A stretch of 60,254 bases of DNA, the filler included, from Asterionella formosa (Eukaryota), in assembly GCA_002256025.1 (NCBI GenBank). It is 5 parts of 5 records of this genome, joined end to end, with 100 filler letters (N's around TTAATTAATTAA, not from the genome) between each part and the next. Parts side by side here need not be neighbours in the genome. Positions count along the whole stretch, not along the records: positions 12,106 to 24,096 come from NKIB01007993.1; 4 more parts are not named here. One strand, written 5' to 3'. The first letter of the stretch is position 1. Each line of letters begins with the position of its first letter. The translations under genes were made by a program, and so were the position numbers. Below, piece after piece: positions 12,315-23,813 of this stretch. Under the pieces are notes generated by a model. That model saw only the letters and a list, made by a program, of their open reading frames with translations, did no database searches and was not told the DNA's origin.

Positions 12315-12690
12315 ACAACAGAACACCATATGTTCAGGACAGTTGCTACTGCATTGGGACAGTAAATCATCATAGTTTTAGGATCGTATGATCGTAAAAC
12401 TAAAAACCAATAGAACACCATATGTCTATGACTGCTGCTACTGCAGCGGGACAGTAAATCATCATAGTTTTAGGATTGTATGATCATAAAACTAAAAACC
12501 AATAGTCGGAGTAATAAGCAAGCAACAGAACACCATATGTCTATGACTACTGCTACTGCAGCGGGACAGTAAATCATCATAGTTTTAGGATTGTATGATC
12601 GTAAAACTAAAAACCAATAATTGGAGTAACAAGCAAGCAACAGAACACCATATGTCTATGACTGCTGCTACTGCAGCGGGAAAGTAAATG
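12315..12690. repeat. Tandem repeat of about 93-114 bp, about 3.5 copies, each full unit with an internal palindrome
   Basis: The unit AGAACACCATATGTCTATGACTGCTGCTACTGCAGCGGGACAGTAAATCATCATAGTTTTAGGAT(C/T)GTATGATCGTAAAACTAAAAACCAATA starts near 12320, 12412, 12527 and 12641 (partial). Confidence 0.9.
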
Positions 12691-12746
12691 AATTTAAGAT
12701 CATCGAACTTTAAGGAAGACAACGACAACAGTTATCACGTAGTACA

Positions 12747-14532
12747 ATGTCTTCAAGAAACCATAAAGAGGTTCATGGAAACAAGCGACATGTGGCAAAT
12801 ACTGCCGGTATGGAACAAAGAAGCAACTTCCAAAATGAGTTAACAAAGAAAAAGCGAAAAGGCGATTATCCTTCAGCAGCCTTATCAGAACGTCGTTCTC
12901 GCTTAGCTAAAATTGAACCACCAATTCCCACAAAGGTTGTGAGTTTTATTTTCAAGATCAAGAAATTTTGCTGTGAACATGTAAGTTTGATGTTATAGTT
13001 TGTGAATTGCAGGTACTGTAAAACAGAATATCAATCAAATTTGCTTTTTTCTGGTCCCAAAAGAGAATCAAACATCCCGCCCTATCTGGTCCAAGTAGTA
13101 TGAAAGGCATTTCCAATCACAAACAGGATTGGTTTGCCGAATGTTGACCTGCCTAACTCGGCTATACACAGTGAGACCGGAGTTAGGCAAAGAATTGGAG
13201 AGTGACCCAGAGCTTGCCGATTTCATATGGAATGGTTCTGATGCACTACTTCCAATGAATCAGACCATTGAATGTACCAACAAGGCATGTTTAGATTACA
13301 TCAAATCAACATTTGGTGGCATGTACAATAAAAAGTTGAGCAAGAGAATGTCAGAATGTATTGATTAATCAATTTAAAGGAATCTTAGTAAGTTCTTGCA
13401 GGACGGGAGATGCTCTGAAAGCATGATGTTTTGAGTCGGTGATTACATTCTTATCAAATATGTTTCAATTTAAAAATGCTAACATAATTAATGACACACA
13501 AGCCGTTCTAACAGAATATAGCGAACTTCCAGACTATGGATATTGATGACTTTATTAGGTGGGCGTTCACGCTTTATCATTTTGCGCAGTCAAGGACCTT
13601 GACAGGCAGGGGAAGCCAAGGATACCAAGTCTGACCTGATATTCTTGCTCCAGTGTATTTAATAGGCAGGACAAGCCGTGGAGTACCATGTTACCAAAAA
13701 TATCGACTCTACACTGGCAAAAATCAAGACCCGGTAGAACACTTGTACCAGCACCAGAAATGTATTTTCGAAACGATACTTCGAACAAAGTGGCTGCTAG
13801 ATATATCAATAGCCATTTGGAAAGCAAGGCAAAGCGATCGTGAAATTCCAAAATTGTCATACGGATCTGGGATGACGGCTTTGTCAAAAATGTCAGGGCA
13901 AGAAATTCCCGAATTATGACTGTTAACTATTTTTTCAATGGGTGGAATGATGGGTTCAGAGAACATGCACGTAGAAAAGGAATTCACATTGCTGTTATGG
14001 TTATGAATTTCTATCAAAGACACTTTTTTCATACCGCAGTACACATCAACATGTTTTGATATTTTAGAGGGAAGGGTGAAGAGATTTATGTCAGTTACTA
14101 AGATTAGTCTATGATTGGTCCCCAACGGGAAATGATATCTCAAATTGGCTTACGAATGGCAAAAGTTCATAGAGTGAAACGCACATTACCCTCATCTGCT
14201 TAGGAAGTTCGTATCTCCTCTAAATTTCTTTGGTGGATATTTGGAGTCTTTTTTGAAAGACAAATTGAAACGAACCAGTAAGCATGTCAATGGACAATTA
14301 CATCGATTAAAGCATGATTTTTTCCAGGTCATTTGAAACAAGGCAGTTTTCCTAGGCACGAAATTTATTTTTTGCAAGTGATTCATTATATACAGAAAAC
14401 AAACAGAAGAAGATGAGTAAAGTACATAATAATGTGACTGAGGATATTTCAACAGAAATTGATTTTGAAGGAATGATTCCCGATACAAGGATGTTGCCTA
14501 GTACCTCACCTGATATAATTTTTGTGGGGTAT
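12747..14532 (+). pseudogene. Decayed intron-containing gene of unknown family, probably transposon-borne
   Basis: ATG at 12747 directly follows the tandem repeat. Splice-like sites are present (e.g. acceptor CTAACAG at 13508-13514). The frame 13515-14417 is broken only by 8 TGA codons. Confidence 0.6.
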
Positions 14533-15799
14533 ANNNNNNNNNNNNNNNNNNNNNNNNNNNNNNNNNNNNNNNNNNNNNNNNNNNNNNNNNNNNNNNNNNN
14601 NNNNNNNNNNNNNNNNNNNNNNNNNNNNNNNNNNNNNNNNNNNNNNNNNNNNNNNNNNNNNNNNNNNNNNNNNNNNNNNNNNNNNNNNNNNNNNNNNNNN
14701 NNNNNNNNNNNNNNNNNNNNNNNNNNNNNNNNNNNNNNNNNNNNNNNNNNNNNNNNNNNNNNNNNNNNNNNNNNNNNNNNNNNNNNNNNNNNNNNNNNNN
14801 NNNNNNNNNNNNNNNNNNNNNNNNNNNNNNNNNNNNNNNNNNNNNNNNNNNNNNNNNNNNNNNNNNNNNNNNNNNNNNNNNNNNNNNNNNNNNNNNNNNN
14901 NNNNNNNNNNNNNNNNNNNNNNNNNNNNNNNNNNNNNNNNNNNNNNNNNNNNNNNNNNNNNNNNNNNNNNNNNNNNNNNNNNNNNNNNNNNNNNNNNNNN
15001 NNNNNNNNNNNNNNNNNNNNNNNNNNNNNNNNNNNNNNNNNNNNNNNNNNNNNNNNNNNNNNNNNNNNNNNNNNNNNNNNNNNNNNNNNNNNNNNNNNNN
15101 NNNNNNNNNNNNNNNNNNNNNNNNNNNNNNNNNNNNNNNNNNNNNNNNNNNNNNNNNNNNNNNNNNNNNNNNNNNNNNNNNNNNNNNNNNNNNNNNNNNN
15201 NNNNNNNNNNNNNNNNNNNNNNNNNNNNNNNNNNNNNNNNNNNNNNNNNNNNNNNNNNNNNNNNNNNNNNNNNNNNNNNNNNNNNNNNNNNNNNNNNNNN
15301 NNNNNNNNNNNNNNNNNNNNNNNNNNNNNNNNNNNNNNNNNNNNNNNNNNNNNNNNNNNNNNNNNNNNNNNNNNNNNNNNNNNNNNNNNNNNNNNNNNNN
15401 NNNNNNNNNNNNNNNNNNNNNNTGTATTCAAAGGAATCTTCGATTGATTTCATAAGTTTCTTCATTTTCTTTTCCGAAAACATAAAGTCGTGTAGTGTAA
15501 ACAATGGAAGTGAGTCACATTTCTTGTTTGACTGATCCTTTGCATGAAATCCATGAAATGCCATTTGGAAAAGTTGTCAAAAGTGCCAAAAGTCTATGAT
15601 GTAAAACAGTGGAATGGAAACGCGGAGCTTTTTGCGGCGCTTGTGGAGGTGCAGCTGGTGTGATGGTAAACAAGTGTAGTAATTGTTGAACAGAGCACAG
15701 TGTCATTTGCATGTTCCGCCAGCGTAGTGTTTACACAATACATATACCGGTATATATATATAACAAGGAAAAAGCTAAGTCACTGCTGTAATGTACACA

Positions 15800-16332
15800 A
15801 GTTGAAAGTTTACAAACAGACATGCTAAACAGGTTTTAGGCAACGGACAGTGGTTCCAACAAGCGAATGACAATACGGGTACCAATTTTTCGAGCGGCAA
15901 ACCACAATGATGAAGGAAACTTGTCCCTCTATTGATGAGGATGACAAGGACACCGACTTTTCCAGGAGCAAACAACAATGAAGAGACCCATTTGTTGCTC
16001 TATTGACGGTAAAAAAGATCCAGACAAGTTCAACAGTGAATACAAGAACAACATACCAATGAAAACAAGTCGACAGTGTGTGTAAGCATGCGCTAAGCAG
16101 TTTTGAGGCAACGGACAGTTCCAACAAGCAAATGATGATATGGATATCAAATTTTTCCTGCGGCAAACCACAATGATGATGATGAAGGACACTCATCCCC
16201 TATTGTTGATGATATGGATACCGGAAGGGTTTTCAATGAGCGAACAACAATGAAGAGAGCCACTTGCTGTCGCTCTCTTGATGGTAACGAAGAAACGGAC
16301 CTATTCAATAGTAAATGCAAGTACAGCATACG
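15800..16332. repeat. Diverged tandem duplication of about 270 bp
   Basis: About 15800-16056 vs 16068-16332 share AGGCAACGGACAGT..TTCCAACAAGC, GCGGCAAACCACAATGATGA and AACAACAATGAAGAGA in the same order. Confidence 0.85.
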
Positions 16333-16949
16333 AAATGCGGAAACGAGCGATATGAAAAAGAAATTGTAATCAGAATCATTCTATAACTATAACTATGTGG
16401 ATAGCAGCCTGTTACATTTTCGTATCTCCTTCTATGCTGAATCTCAATATTAGATGTAGTATCATGTGAGAATTGAAAATGTCAACAAGAATAAGTAGAA
16501 TGTGTTTGTTTAAAAGTTGATTTGCGAGATTGTCATGCTGGTGGTCAACGAAACTGATTTACTATTTGTGCTGTGTGTGAAACCATTCCGAGTTTTAATG
16601 ATTTCTTCTCTGTAAACTCTTAATTGAATGATTATGAACAAGGGTTCACTGCACATGACGATTACTCAAAGATTTAATGATCACTCGACCAAAAATTAAA
16701 GACGGTATCGCAGACAATCATTCCACTTGTCACTGCTAGTATTTCGTTGTTTTTGCAAAAATCTTAGTGATGATGGATGGGAATGACGAGCCAAATTATA
16801 TTACTTTAGCTGGTACATTATCCTACCACGAAATTCAAATAAAGGAATCTAAAAGAAACAATTCATATAATAATTGAACATACATAGTCAACAGGGTTAC
16901 TATTTAAATTATAAGGGCATTCATCAAAATTATAATCAGATGATCACAA

Positions 16950-17750
16950 TCCTATGATGTATCATGGGAATATGATAGTTTTTATTTGCAGACGTATGCC
17001 GCATACCAGCAATTCCCAGCAATGTCCACTCTGCCTCCAACACACATCCACGTCTGTCCATGCTACTCTTTCCATCCACTCCCCCCATCCGGTCACCTCC
17101 AACATGGTCTCTACTAGTACTACCATTGTGTACCATCAACCCCGACATTTCCAGTACTTAAGGGCAAATTTGGCTGGTCGCCAGCAATATGTTCCTCCAT
17201 CGACTGGACATCTTCTTCACATGCCATTTGTCATCTTTCTCATGGTCACCGCCTAGCCATGATCAAACTTACCAATGGACAATGGCAAGTGAACCGCATT
17301 TTATTTCATTGGAACCAAGTTTCCTCTCCCTTAGTTGTATGTAGTCCCCACAACCATGGCTGTGCTGATTTGCTCAGTAAAATTCCCAGGATTTCCGATC
17401 TGCCAAGCAAATGGGCAGCATTAATCTCTCACATTAAAATCAAATTCAAGACATCAGAAATCCTGGCTTTTGCTCTAGAATTCGGAATCCAGGCCTGAGA
17501 AAATGAGAATCCCTTCTCTTCTCTTTGGCCCTTTGCAGATCCCACTCCGACATATGCTATAGTAGTGGGGTTGTCTCCGCTTTTACCCACCAAACCACAA
17601 TCGGTTGGAATCATACCCTCCATGGCCACTTGGCACTAGCCTGGGGAACCACCATGTCTATTTACCACTCACAAGAAAGGCATCCAGGTTCTCATTTTAG
17701 CGCTGCTCAATGGACCTGTTCTCTCTTTGCTTAGTAGTCTCTGAGTCTAT
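16950..17750 (-). mobile_element. Heavily degraded remnant, possibly the post-RT region of a non-LTR retrotransposon
   Basis: Frame-broken peptides NSRAKARISDVL, GEETW, RRCPVDGG and VLEMSGL occur in the order expected for RKAR..W.RISRVL / GSETW / RR...W.YP..VLE.AGL. Weak evidence. Confidence 0.3.
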
Positions 17751-18429
17751 GCTATCATGGATCAGTGGACAGAATAAAACTAATTTTGTTCATGGAGCAA
17801 CTCTTCTCAGTAGCTACTTGCGCCAAATTTACACGCCGTCTTATGACAGACATGAAATTAGCCTATGAATTGAAACATAAAGTCCCTGCAGACGGAGCAA
17901 GGCTATTTATTTGGTATTTTTCTCTCCCTCCTACTCCTCCATTCCTCCTCCTCCTCCTCCATGGAAGCCTGGCTTGCTATACTATACACCAAAGCCGGGC
18001 AATACCATCTAGTACTCTTACTACTTTGCCAGGACCATCGTCGCCAGGGTATCTAACATTACGCAAGAATACCCCTCAACGCCCTAGCTACTTCTCTCCC
18101 CCCCCCCATCTAGTAATTTACTCACCAGTCATACCGGGCGCTATTGTATGCGCCTTGGTGCAACCCAAAGAACTCCACAATAGTCAAGGCTCATAAATGC
18201 ATACTTTAAAACTTTATTTTTCAACTATATATGATTTGTGCGATATCATTGTTGTGACATAAGTGTGCCAATAATAACTGAAGCTGTGGTGCAATACTTG
18301 ATCAGTAAACAAAGTATCTGTGATCCCAAAAACCCCAAGATTGGGTAGGTCAAAAGAATAGTAGTAGATGTTTGGTCATTTTACTAAAGCGTATCCTTGA
18401 AAGCAAAGTAGGGAGGTAAGATCAATCTA

Positions 18430-19400
18430 TTTGGTGACATGATTGGCTGCTTCATGATGAATGTCGATGCACATAGCGGATATTTCATGGCTGGTCACAG
18501 CATAATTTGATATGCTATCAACACTTTGTGGCTGAGTACTTTGGAAGCTTATATTTTCATAGCTACTCATGAAATGTTGTTGCTGAATACTAAGTGTCCG
18601 AAGTTTGTCGTTATTTGTCGTTATTATTACCTTCATTGCCCCAGAATTTCTTGGTCCATTCTGTGCACCTTTTTCTGTAGTATTTTGGTGACGTGTTGGA
18701 AATCACCTCCTGATGTTNNNNNNNNNNNNNNNNNNNNNNNNNNNNNNNNNNNNNNNNNNNNNNNNNNNNNNNNNNNNNNNNNNNNNNNNNNNNNNNNNNN
18801 NNNNNNNNNNNNNNNNNNNNNNNNNNNNNNNNNNNNNNNNNNNNNNNNNNNNNNNNNNNNNNNNNNNNNNNNNNNNNNNNNNNNNNNNNNNNNNNNNNNN
18901 NNNNNNNNNNNNNNNNNNNNNNNNNNNNNNNNNNNNNNNNNNNNNNNNNNNNNNNNNNNNNNNNNNNNNNNNNNNNNNNNATTTCTGTAGTATTTTGGTG
19001 ACGTGTTGGAAATCACCTCCTGATGTTAACTGTATTTCAACATTTATCTCTCCGATTTACTCTTTATATTCATCATTTTGACAGTCCCATGCCATGGCCA
19101 CAAAAACCATTTTTCCAACAATGTTAAAGCTCCCCCTGTCATGTATAATAATTGCTCCCAAAATTGAGCTATGCTTTGCATTTCCTTTATGATCATGTTC
19201 AAGTGAGTGTGATCCATTGATAAGATCAATTCCGTGTCGTCTACATAGGTTTCCACTGCACATTGTTGACACCGAATTAAGTGACTAAAGATTTCTTCTG
19301 AATCAATAATTGTTTGAAACTCTAGAATCTCCCCTGTCTCATCATAGCTATATGGGGTTTTGTTCAAGGAGGAGGCTTGTTCGAATTTCACCCTTTGCAT
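18430..19400 (-). mobile_element. Degraded LINE reverse transcriptase fragment (Ambal-like)
   Basis: The RT catalytic YVDD is followed by QSIAQFWEQLLYMTGGAL..EK, then TSGGDFQHVTKILQKK. This resembles the diatom Ambal-type AQ.WEQLL..SGGAL..KC motif. Frameshifted. Confidence 0.65.
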
Positions 19401-20189
19401 ATTTTCATATTTTTGGCCATAGTTTGCTTATCATGTATTAAGCTGAAAGAATTGACTTTAGCCAGTTCTTCAAATTTGGGTTTATCACCCTTAAATTTTC
19501 CTTCTTCTAATTATTTTTCCAGATATTGTTTCTGAAGGATTTTGTCATTTTCTTATACCATGAGCATATTTAGCTTGAGCCATGCATCATCTAGTTTATT
19601 CTTGAAGAATTCCTGTTCCAGCCGCCTTGATGTTGTGAGACCATAATCCTTGAGTAATTGCATAACTGGGTGACCCCCCTTCTTGTGGCATCTCAAGCGC
19701 TTTTTTCAAAATGTTACTTCTTTGCCTGCTTTTGCTAACTACTGGTAACACCCAGCCATCTCCGAAATTGATCGTCATGATGGCTAGACTGTAATATTTC
19801 TACTGCATCATTCAATGACAATTTTCTACTTTGCGAAACTTTAGATGATATCTCGAATCCAAAAATAAGGCTCTGTGAATCAGTTGAATGGTGAGGATTG
19901 TGTGCCGCCTTGTTGCTGTTGTCATCATTATAGGTACTTCAACTCACTCACGCACTGTTGCATTCGAATAATTCGCGGGTTCATGAAAAATCCACTTTTA
20001 GGAACAGTGGGTGGAATGCATTCCTGTGCCAAATCCCACCAAAATGCTATCAATTCAAGAGTCACCATGCCGTACTGAATGAACAGCTGATAGAGCTTGT
20101 GATGACAGGGATAATCCCATATGATGGGTGACCATGCCATTCTGAATGAATAGCTTCCTTTTTGCCTTGCATTGATAGAACTCTTCATA

Positions 20190-20410
20190 TTAGTTGAATG
20201 AGACCTACAGAAAAAAGTGAAGAACCTTCAAGTAAAATAGTTTTTGACCTTGAGGTGAATAGTTGAACAATCTTAAGGAAATTAGTTGAATGAACTTCAG
20301 CAAAATTATGTGAAAAAAATTATATAATAACGTGAAAAAATCATAATATTACTTGAATGAATTTAACATGTTACGTGAACGAAATTATAAGGCAACGTGA
20401 ACTAGCTAAA
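20190..20410. repeat. Degenerate array with about 22-bp period (core (G/T)TGAA)
   Basis: TGAA cores at 20264, 20287, 20311, 20333, 20354, 20376 and 20398. Confidence 0.6.
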
Positions 20411-21539
20411 TTATAGATTTACGTTTAGGTAATAGTCTATAGTGATGATCAGGAATGCATGTACGATTCTCTGAAGAAATAATTATCGTGATGTATTCAG
20501 ATAATGTATCAATATATTCAAGTACGCATTTTGATGTTTCAACTAGCTAATCCATGTGATCCATTCAAAATCAACTAGGCTTACCGGTATTTACGTAAAG
20601 GTCACTTCACGTAATACGCGGCTTAAATGTAGCATACCACAAGCTACAAGCGGCTCCCCAAAATTTCGGTTTTGTACTGATAGTCATAACAAAACGGGAT
20701 AATCACACGGTTTGGGACAAATGTTTCTAATAAGATAAATCTCTTTTTGAGAAAGTCACATGCAGCAATGCCCGTGCATACCGGTAGTCAACATTTTTTC
20801 TAGTTTTCCAGGTTCGATATTTAAGCTGAAATTTGTTTTACTATGGTTTCCTCGATCTTTTTCATTGACAATCATGCTTGTCAATTAAACCCTTTAGGAA
20901 TTTACAAGACTTTTGTCTGCTGTTGATTGGATTATAACCTTTTGAGTATGATATTCATGGTATCTTTGTTTATCAGGTGAATTCGTGAGAGACAGTGTTC
21001 TTTGATATGCATGGAACCTTTGGTTGACAGGTGAATTTTTGAAGGAATCATGATAATGGAATATTTACAAACACTCTGTACACTTGTTATGATACACTGG
21101 CATGAGTATGCAAAAACAATAACATCATAAAGGCTTGTTGAGGAGGAATATGAGATGGATATTATTGGACAATCATTCATATCATTTTTGTCGAATCTTG
21201 GCTAGATCACCGACTGTGTATGTTATGCACTGACAGCTGCACTATTAGGTTGCCATATCAATTCTTGGTGGAATCATCATCATGGAACATCTACAAACAA
21301 CACTACACTGAAAAATGATAATGACACAACAACCACATAATAAAGACTTGAGAAAAATAAATCAATCATTCAAATTGTCATCTTTGTTTGATTGTCGAAG
21401 ACAGAGCGAAAACAGAGCAAGTGATGATGACGACAAATAAGCCAATACTTTCGCTAGCGCATCATGCATATTTCTGGAAAATTTAACTATCGGAACAAAA
21501 AATGAAAACAATACATACAATAGTTCAATATGCATTTCC

Positions 21540-22150
21540 ACAAGCCCATGATACCAAGACAGTTCAAGTTTTGAGGGAAAGTGTGAAGATCTCAAGGCTT
21601 TTATCTATGATTGTTCTGATGCAACTCAATCTTACATGTTCATAAAGACAAAAAAGATATTGGAGAATACATGTTGGAAGGACTTATAAATATGGTGGGA
21701 ATATTTGGTTTGTTGGTGAGACTCTGGAATTACCAGTCATGGCAGAACCAAATGATCCAACCGAAACTGCAACCAAGACCCAAGAAAGAATCTGGGAAAA
21801 GCAGGTTGATGAGTTTGTCAAACATAGCAGCAATTGTGCTGAAGAGGTGAAGACGCTGTACTCAATGGTGTGGGCACGAGAGTGCATTGACATAATGCAT
21901 CAGAAGATCAAAGCATTGGATACATTTGATGATATTTCCAATGCTTGCTTGCAATGGATTGTCATTGTTGAAGGCCATTAAGGATATGACATAAAACTTT
22001 CAAAGCCAAAAATATCTCCCTTACTCTCTACATGAATCCAAATGACAATTTTTATCCATATGCACAAAGAAGGTTTGCAACAACTCAAGAGTACTACCTA
22101 GAACAGTTTCAAAATATAAATTGATGTGATTGACATATGCGGGAAATATT
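21540..22150 (+). mobile_element. Degraded Ty1/copia (CoDi-like) gag fragment
   Basis: Across frameshifts reads FEGKCEDLKAFIYDCSD .. GRTYKYGG .. RIWEKQVDEFVK .. KTLYSMVW .. GLSLLKAIKD .. FQSQKYLPYSLHESK .. YLEQFQN, characteristic of diatom copia gag. Confidence 0.8.
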
Positions 22151-22502
22151 GCCAGTGTTCGAATTTTGGGTTTTCATCATGTGATAGAAAGCCGTGCATT
22201 CATTCGATTCATCATTCCTTTTGTGTATTTTTTCTTTGGACCTGCATTGCGAGCACGGTACAGACCATATTACATAATCAATTCGGTATCTCCTCACCCC
22301 ACAACAATTGCCAATTGAATTTGGTGGTCAATATGAATTTGACTACGAAACATGGATACAAGTTTGTCACCAACTAGAACACGACGAGATGACCATGGAG
22401 GTACGATCTGCAAAAGCGTGAATTGATGTAAATGAATACCGGTAGTATCCATAGTTTCATTCTTATCTTTTTTCTATTTTTCGACTTGTTAACGTTCTAT
22501 AT

Positions 22503-23813
22503 TTATTCCATGACTTGTTTTCCAAATTCATAACATGAAATCATAATAGCACAGGCCGGTGCGACTTTGATCATGCGAGTTTGGTTCCCCCTCCATAAAC
22601 CCGAAATCCCTTCATCTCTCCATATTTGTTTCATCACATGAAACGTTCCTGGTGAGAATGATACTCTTGTTGTAGTAGTAGCAGCATCTTTGTACGCGAT
22701 GGCTCCATCGTGATGACAGCGGGATGTTAGATATTCCGACGGTATTGCTACAGTTTTTGTCTCGGGTAGTACTACAATGTCAGCAGTAGCAGCAAATGTC
22801 TGTCCTATTTGTTGTCGTGTCTTGACAACATCAAATGGTGCCGTGACTGCAGCAGCAATCATTCCAGCAATAGCACCATTGACAAAGGCTTGACTAGCCG
22901 CAACGGCAGGTGGCTGTAAGGAGTGATGATGATATTGTGTTGTTGTTGATATTGCGGTGTTTTGGTCATTCCATACCAGCTCGTTCATTTTCTCAACGAC
23001 CAACCAATAAATCGCAGAAAATGGTGCGTCTCTCCACAAGGTTGGACCAAGTCCACGATACAAAGATACAGCTCCTCCCTCTTGAATCATGGTACGGAAT
23101 TCATTGTACAATCCTGATGAAGCTTGGCTTTGTCCAGCTAACGATGCCTGCCTAGTTCGTATCAATTCAAGAGGTGCGGTTGCAATGGATGCCAATGTTC
23201 GTGCGGATGATCCACTTATAAGTGGAATCCAAGAGGGTGTGGTGTTATTGGACATTGTACCATGTTGTGGTTGGTGGTTGTGGTGATAGTGTCGCAAGGT
23301 TGCAGCAATTTCATCATAGGCAGTAAAATACAAGACAGTATTAGGCACAGACATGACAAGTGTCGGTGCCAACCCAGCATAAATCCCAGCAAATCCTTCT
23401 TGTAAGAAAATCCGTCTCACATGTGCAAAAGTCCCCAGCGGCGATGGTTTCGCCATTGCTTGCTTCGTTGCAGCAGCAGCAACTTGAGTCAGTTGTCCCT
23501 TGGCATCAAAGTACGGTACGATTGACTTGGGCAAAACACATTCCATCAGGCCATTACTAAGTATAAACGTCCCGCATCCTCGAGAACACAAGGATATTTT
23601 GGGAGGGGGAAGAGGAGATGGAGCTGCTCGAATAGCTTGTTGTCTGACTTTTACAACTTCGAGTGGCGTAACGGCCAACGCAACGGCTATTGAGCCAATC
23701 GATCCAGCGATCAATCGGGGAAGGAGAGAGGGCTTACTACTAGTAGCAACTACCGGTAGTTGATCATCATTCCGTGATAATGCTGATGATTCATTCATCA
23801 GGCGCGGCGGCAT
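22503..23813 (-). CDS. SLC25A40: Mitochondrial carrier of the SLC25A39/40 (Mtm1) type
   Basis: Three PX[DE]XX[KR] repeats (PLEVVKVR, PLELIRTR, PFDVVKTR), GLAPTLVMSVPNTVLYF, RDAPFSAIYW and KVAPACAIMIS.YE. The first matrix loop is Cys-rich and contains NGLM. Confidence 0.92.
   Translation of the reverse strand: MPPRLMNESSALSRNDDQLPVVATSSKPSLLPRLIAGSIGSIAVALAVTPLEVVKVRQQAIRAAPSPLPPPKISLCSRGCGTFILSNGLMECVLPKSIVPYFDAKGQLTQVAAAATKQAMAKPSPLGTFAHVRRIFLQEGFAGIYAGLAPTLVMSVPNTVLYFTAYDEIAATLRHYHHNHQPQHGTMSNNTTPSWIPLISGSSARTLASIATAPLELIRTRQASLAGQSQASSGLYNEFRTMIQEGGAVSLYRGLGPTLWRDAPFSAIYWLVVEKMNELVWNDQNTAISTTTQYHHHSLQPPAVAASQAFVNGAIAGMIAAAVTAPFDVVKTRQQIGQTFAATADIVVLPETKTVAIPSEYLTSRCHHDGAIAYKDAATTTTRVSFSPGTFHVMKQIWRDEGISGLWRGNQTRMIKVAPACAIMISCYEFGKQVME

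Noticed and set aside
12315..12690. CRISPR-like appearance (palindromic repeats with linkers)
   Set aside because: Units are about 100 bp, linkers are similar to one another rather than unique spacers, there are no cas genes, and the context is eukaryotic.
13515..14417. Selenoprotein or UGA=Trp recoded gene
   Set aside because: TGG is used for Trp in the same frame, no SECIS was recognised, neighbouring exons are also decayed, and host genes use TGA as stop. CpG decay is more parsimonious.
14352..15564. Long ORFs in the track spanning N runs (also 18.5-19.1, 30.5-31.2, 42.1-42.8 and 44.2-45.4 kb)
   Set aside because: These are artefacts of translating N as X.
18672..19027. Identical ~46-bp sequence on both sides of the 18718-18980 gap
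   Set aside because: Most simply an unmerged contig overlap, not a TSD or LTR.
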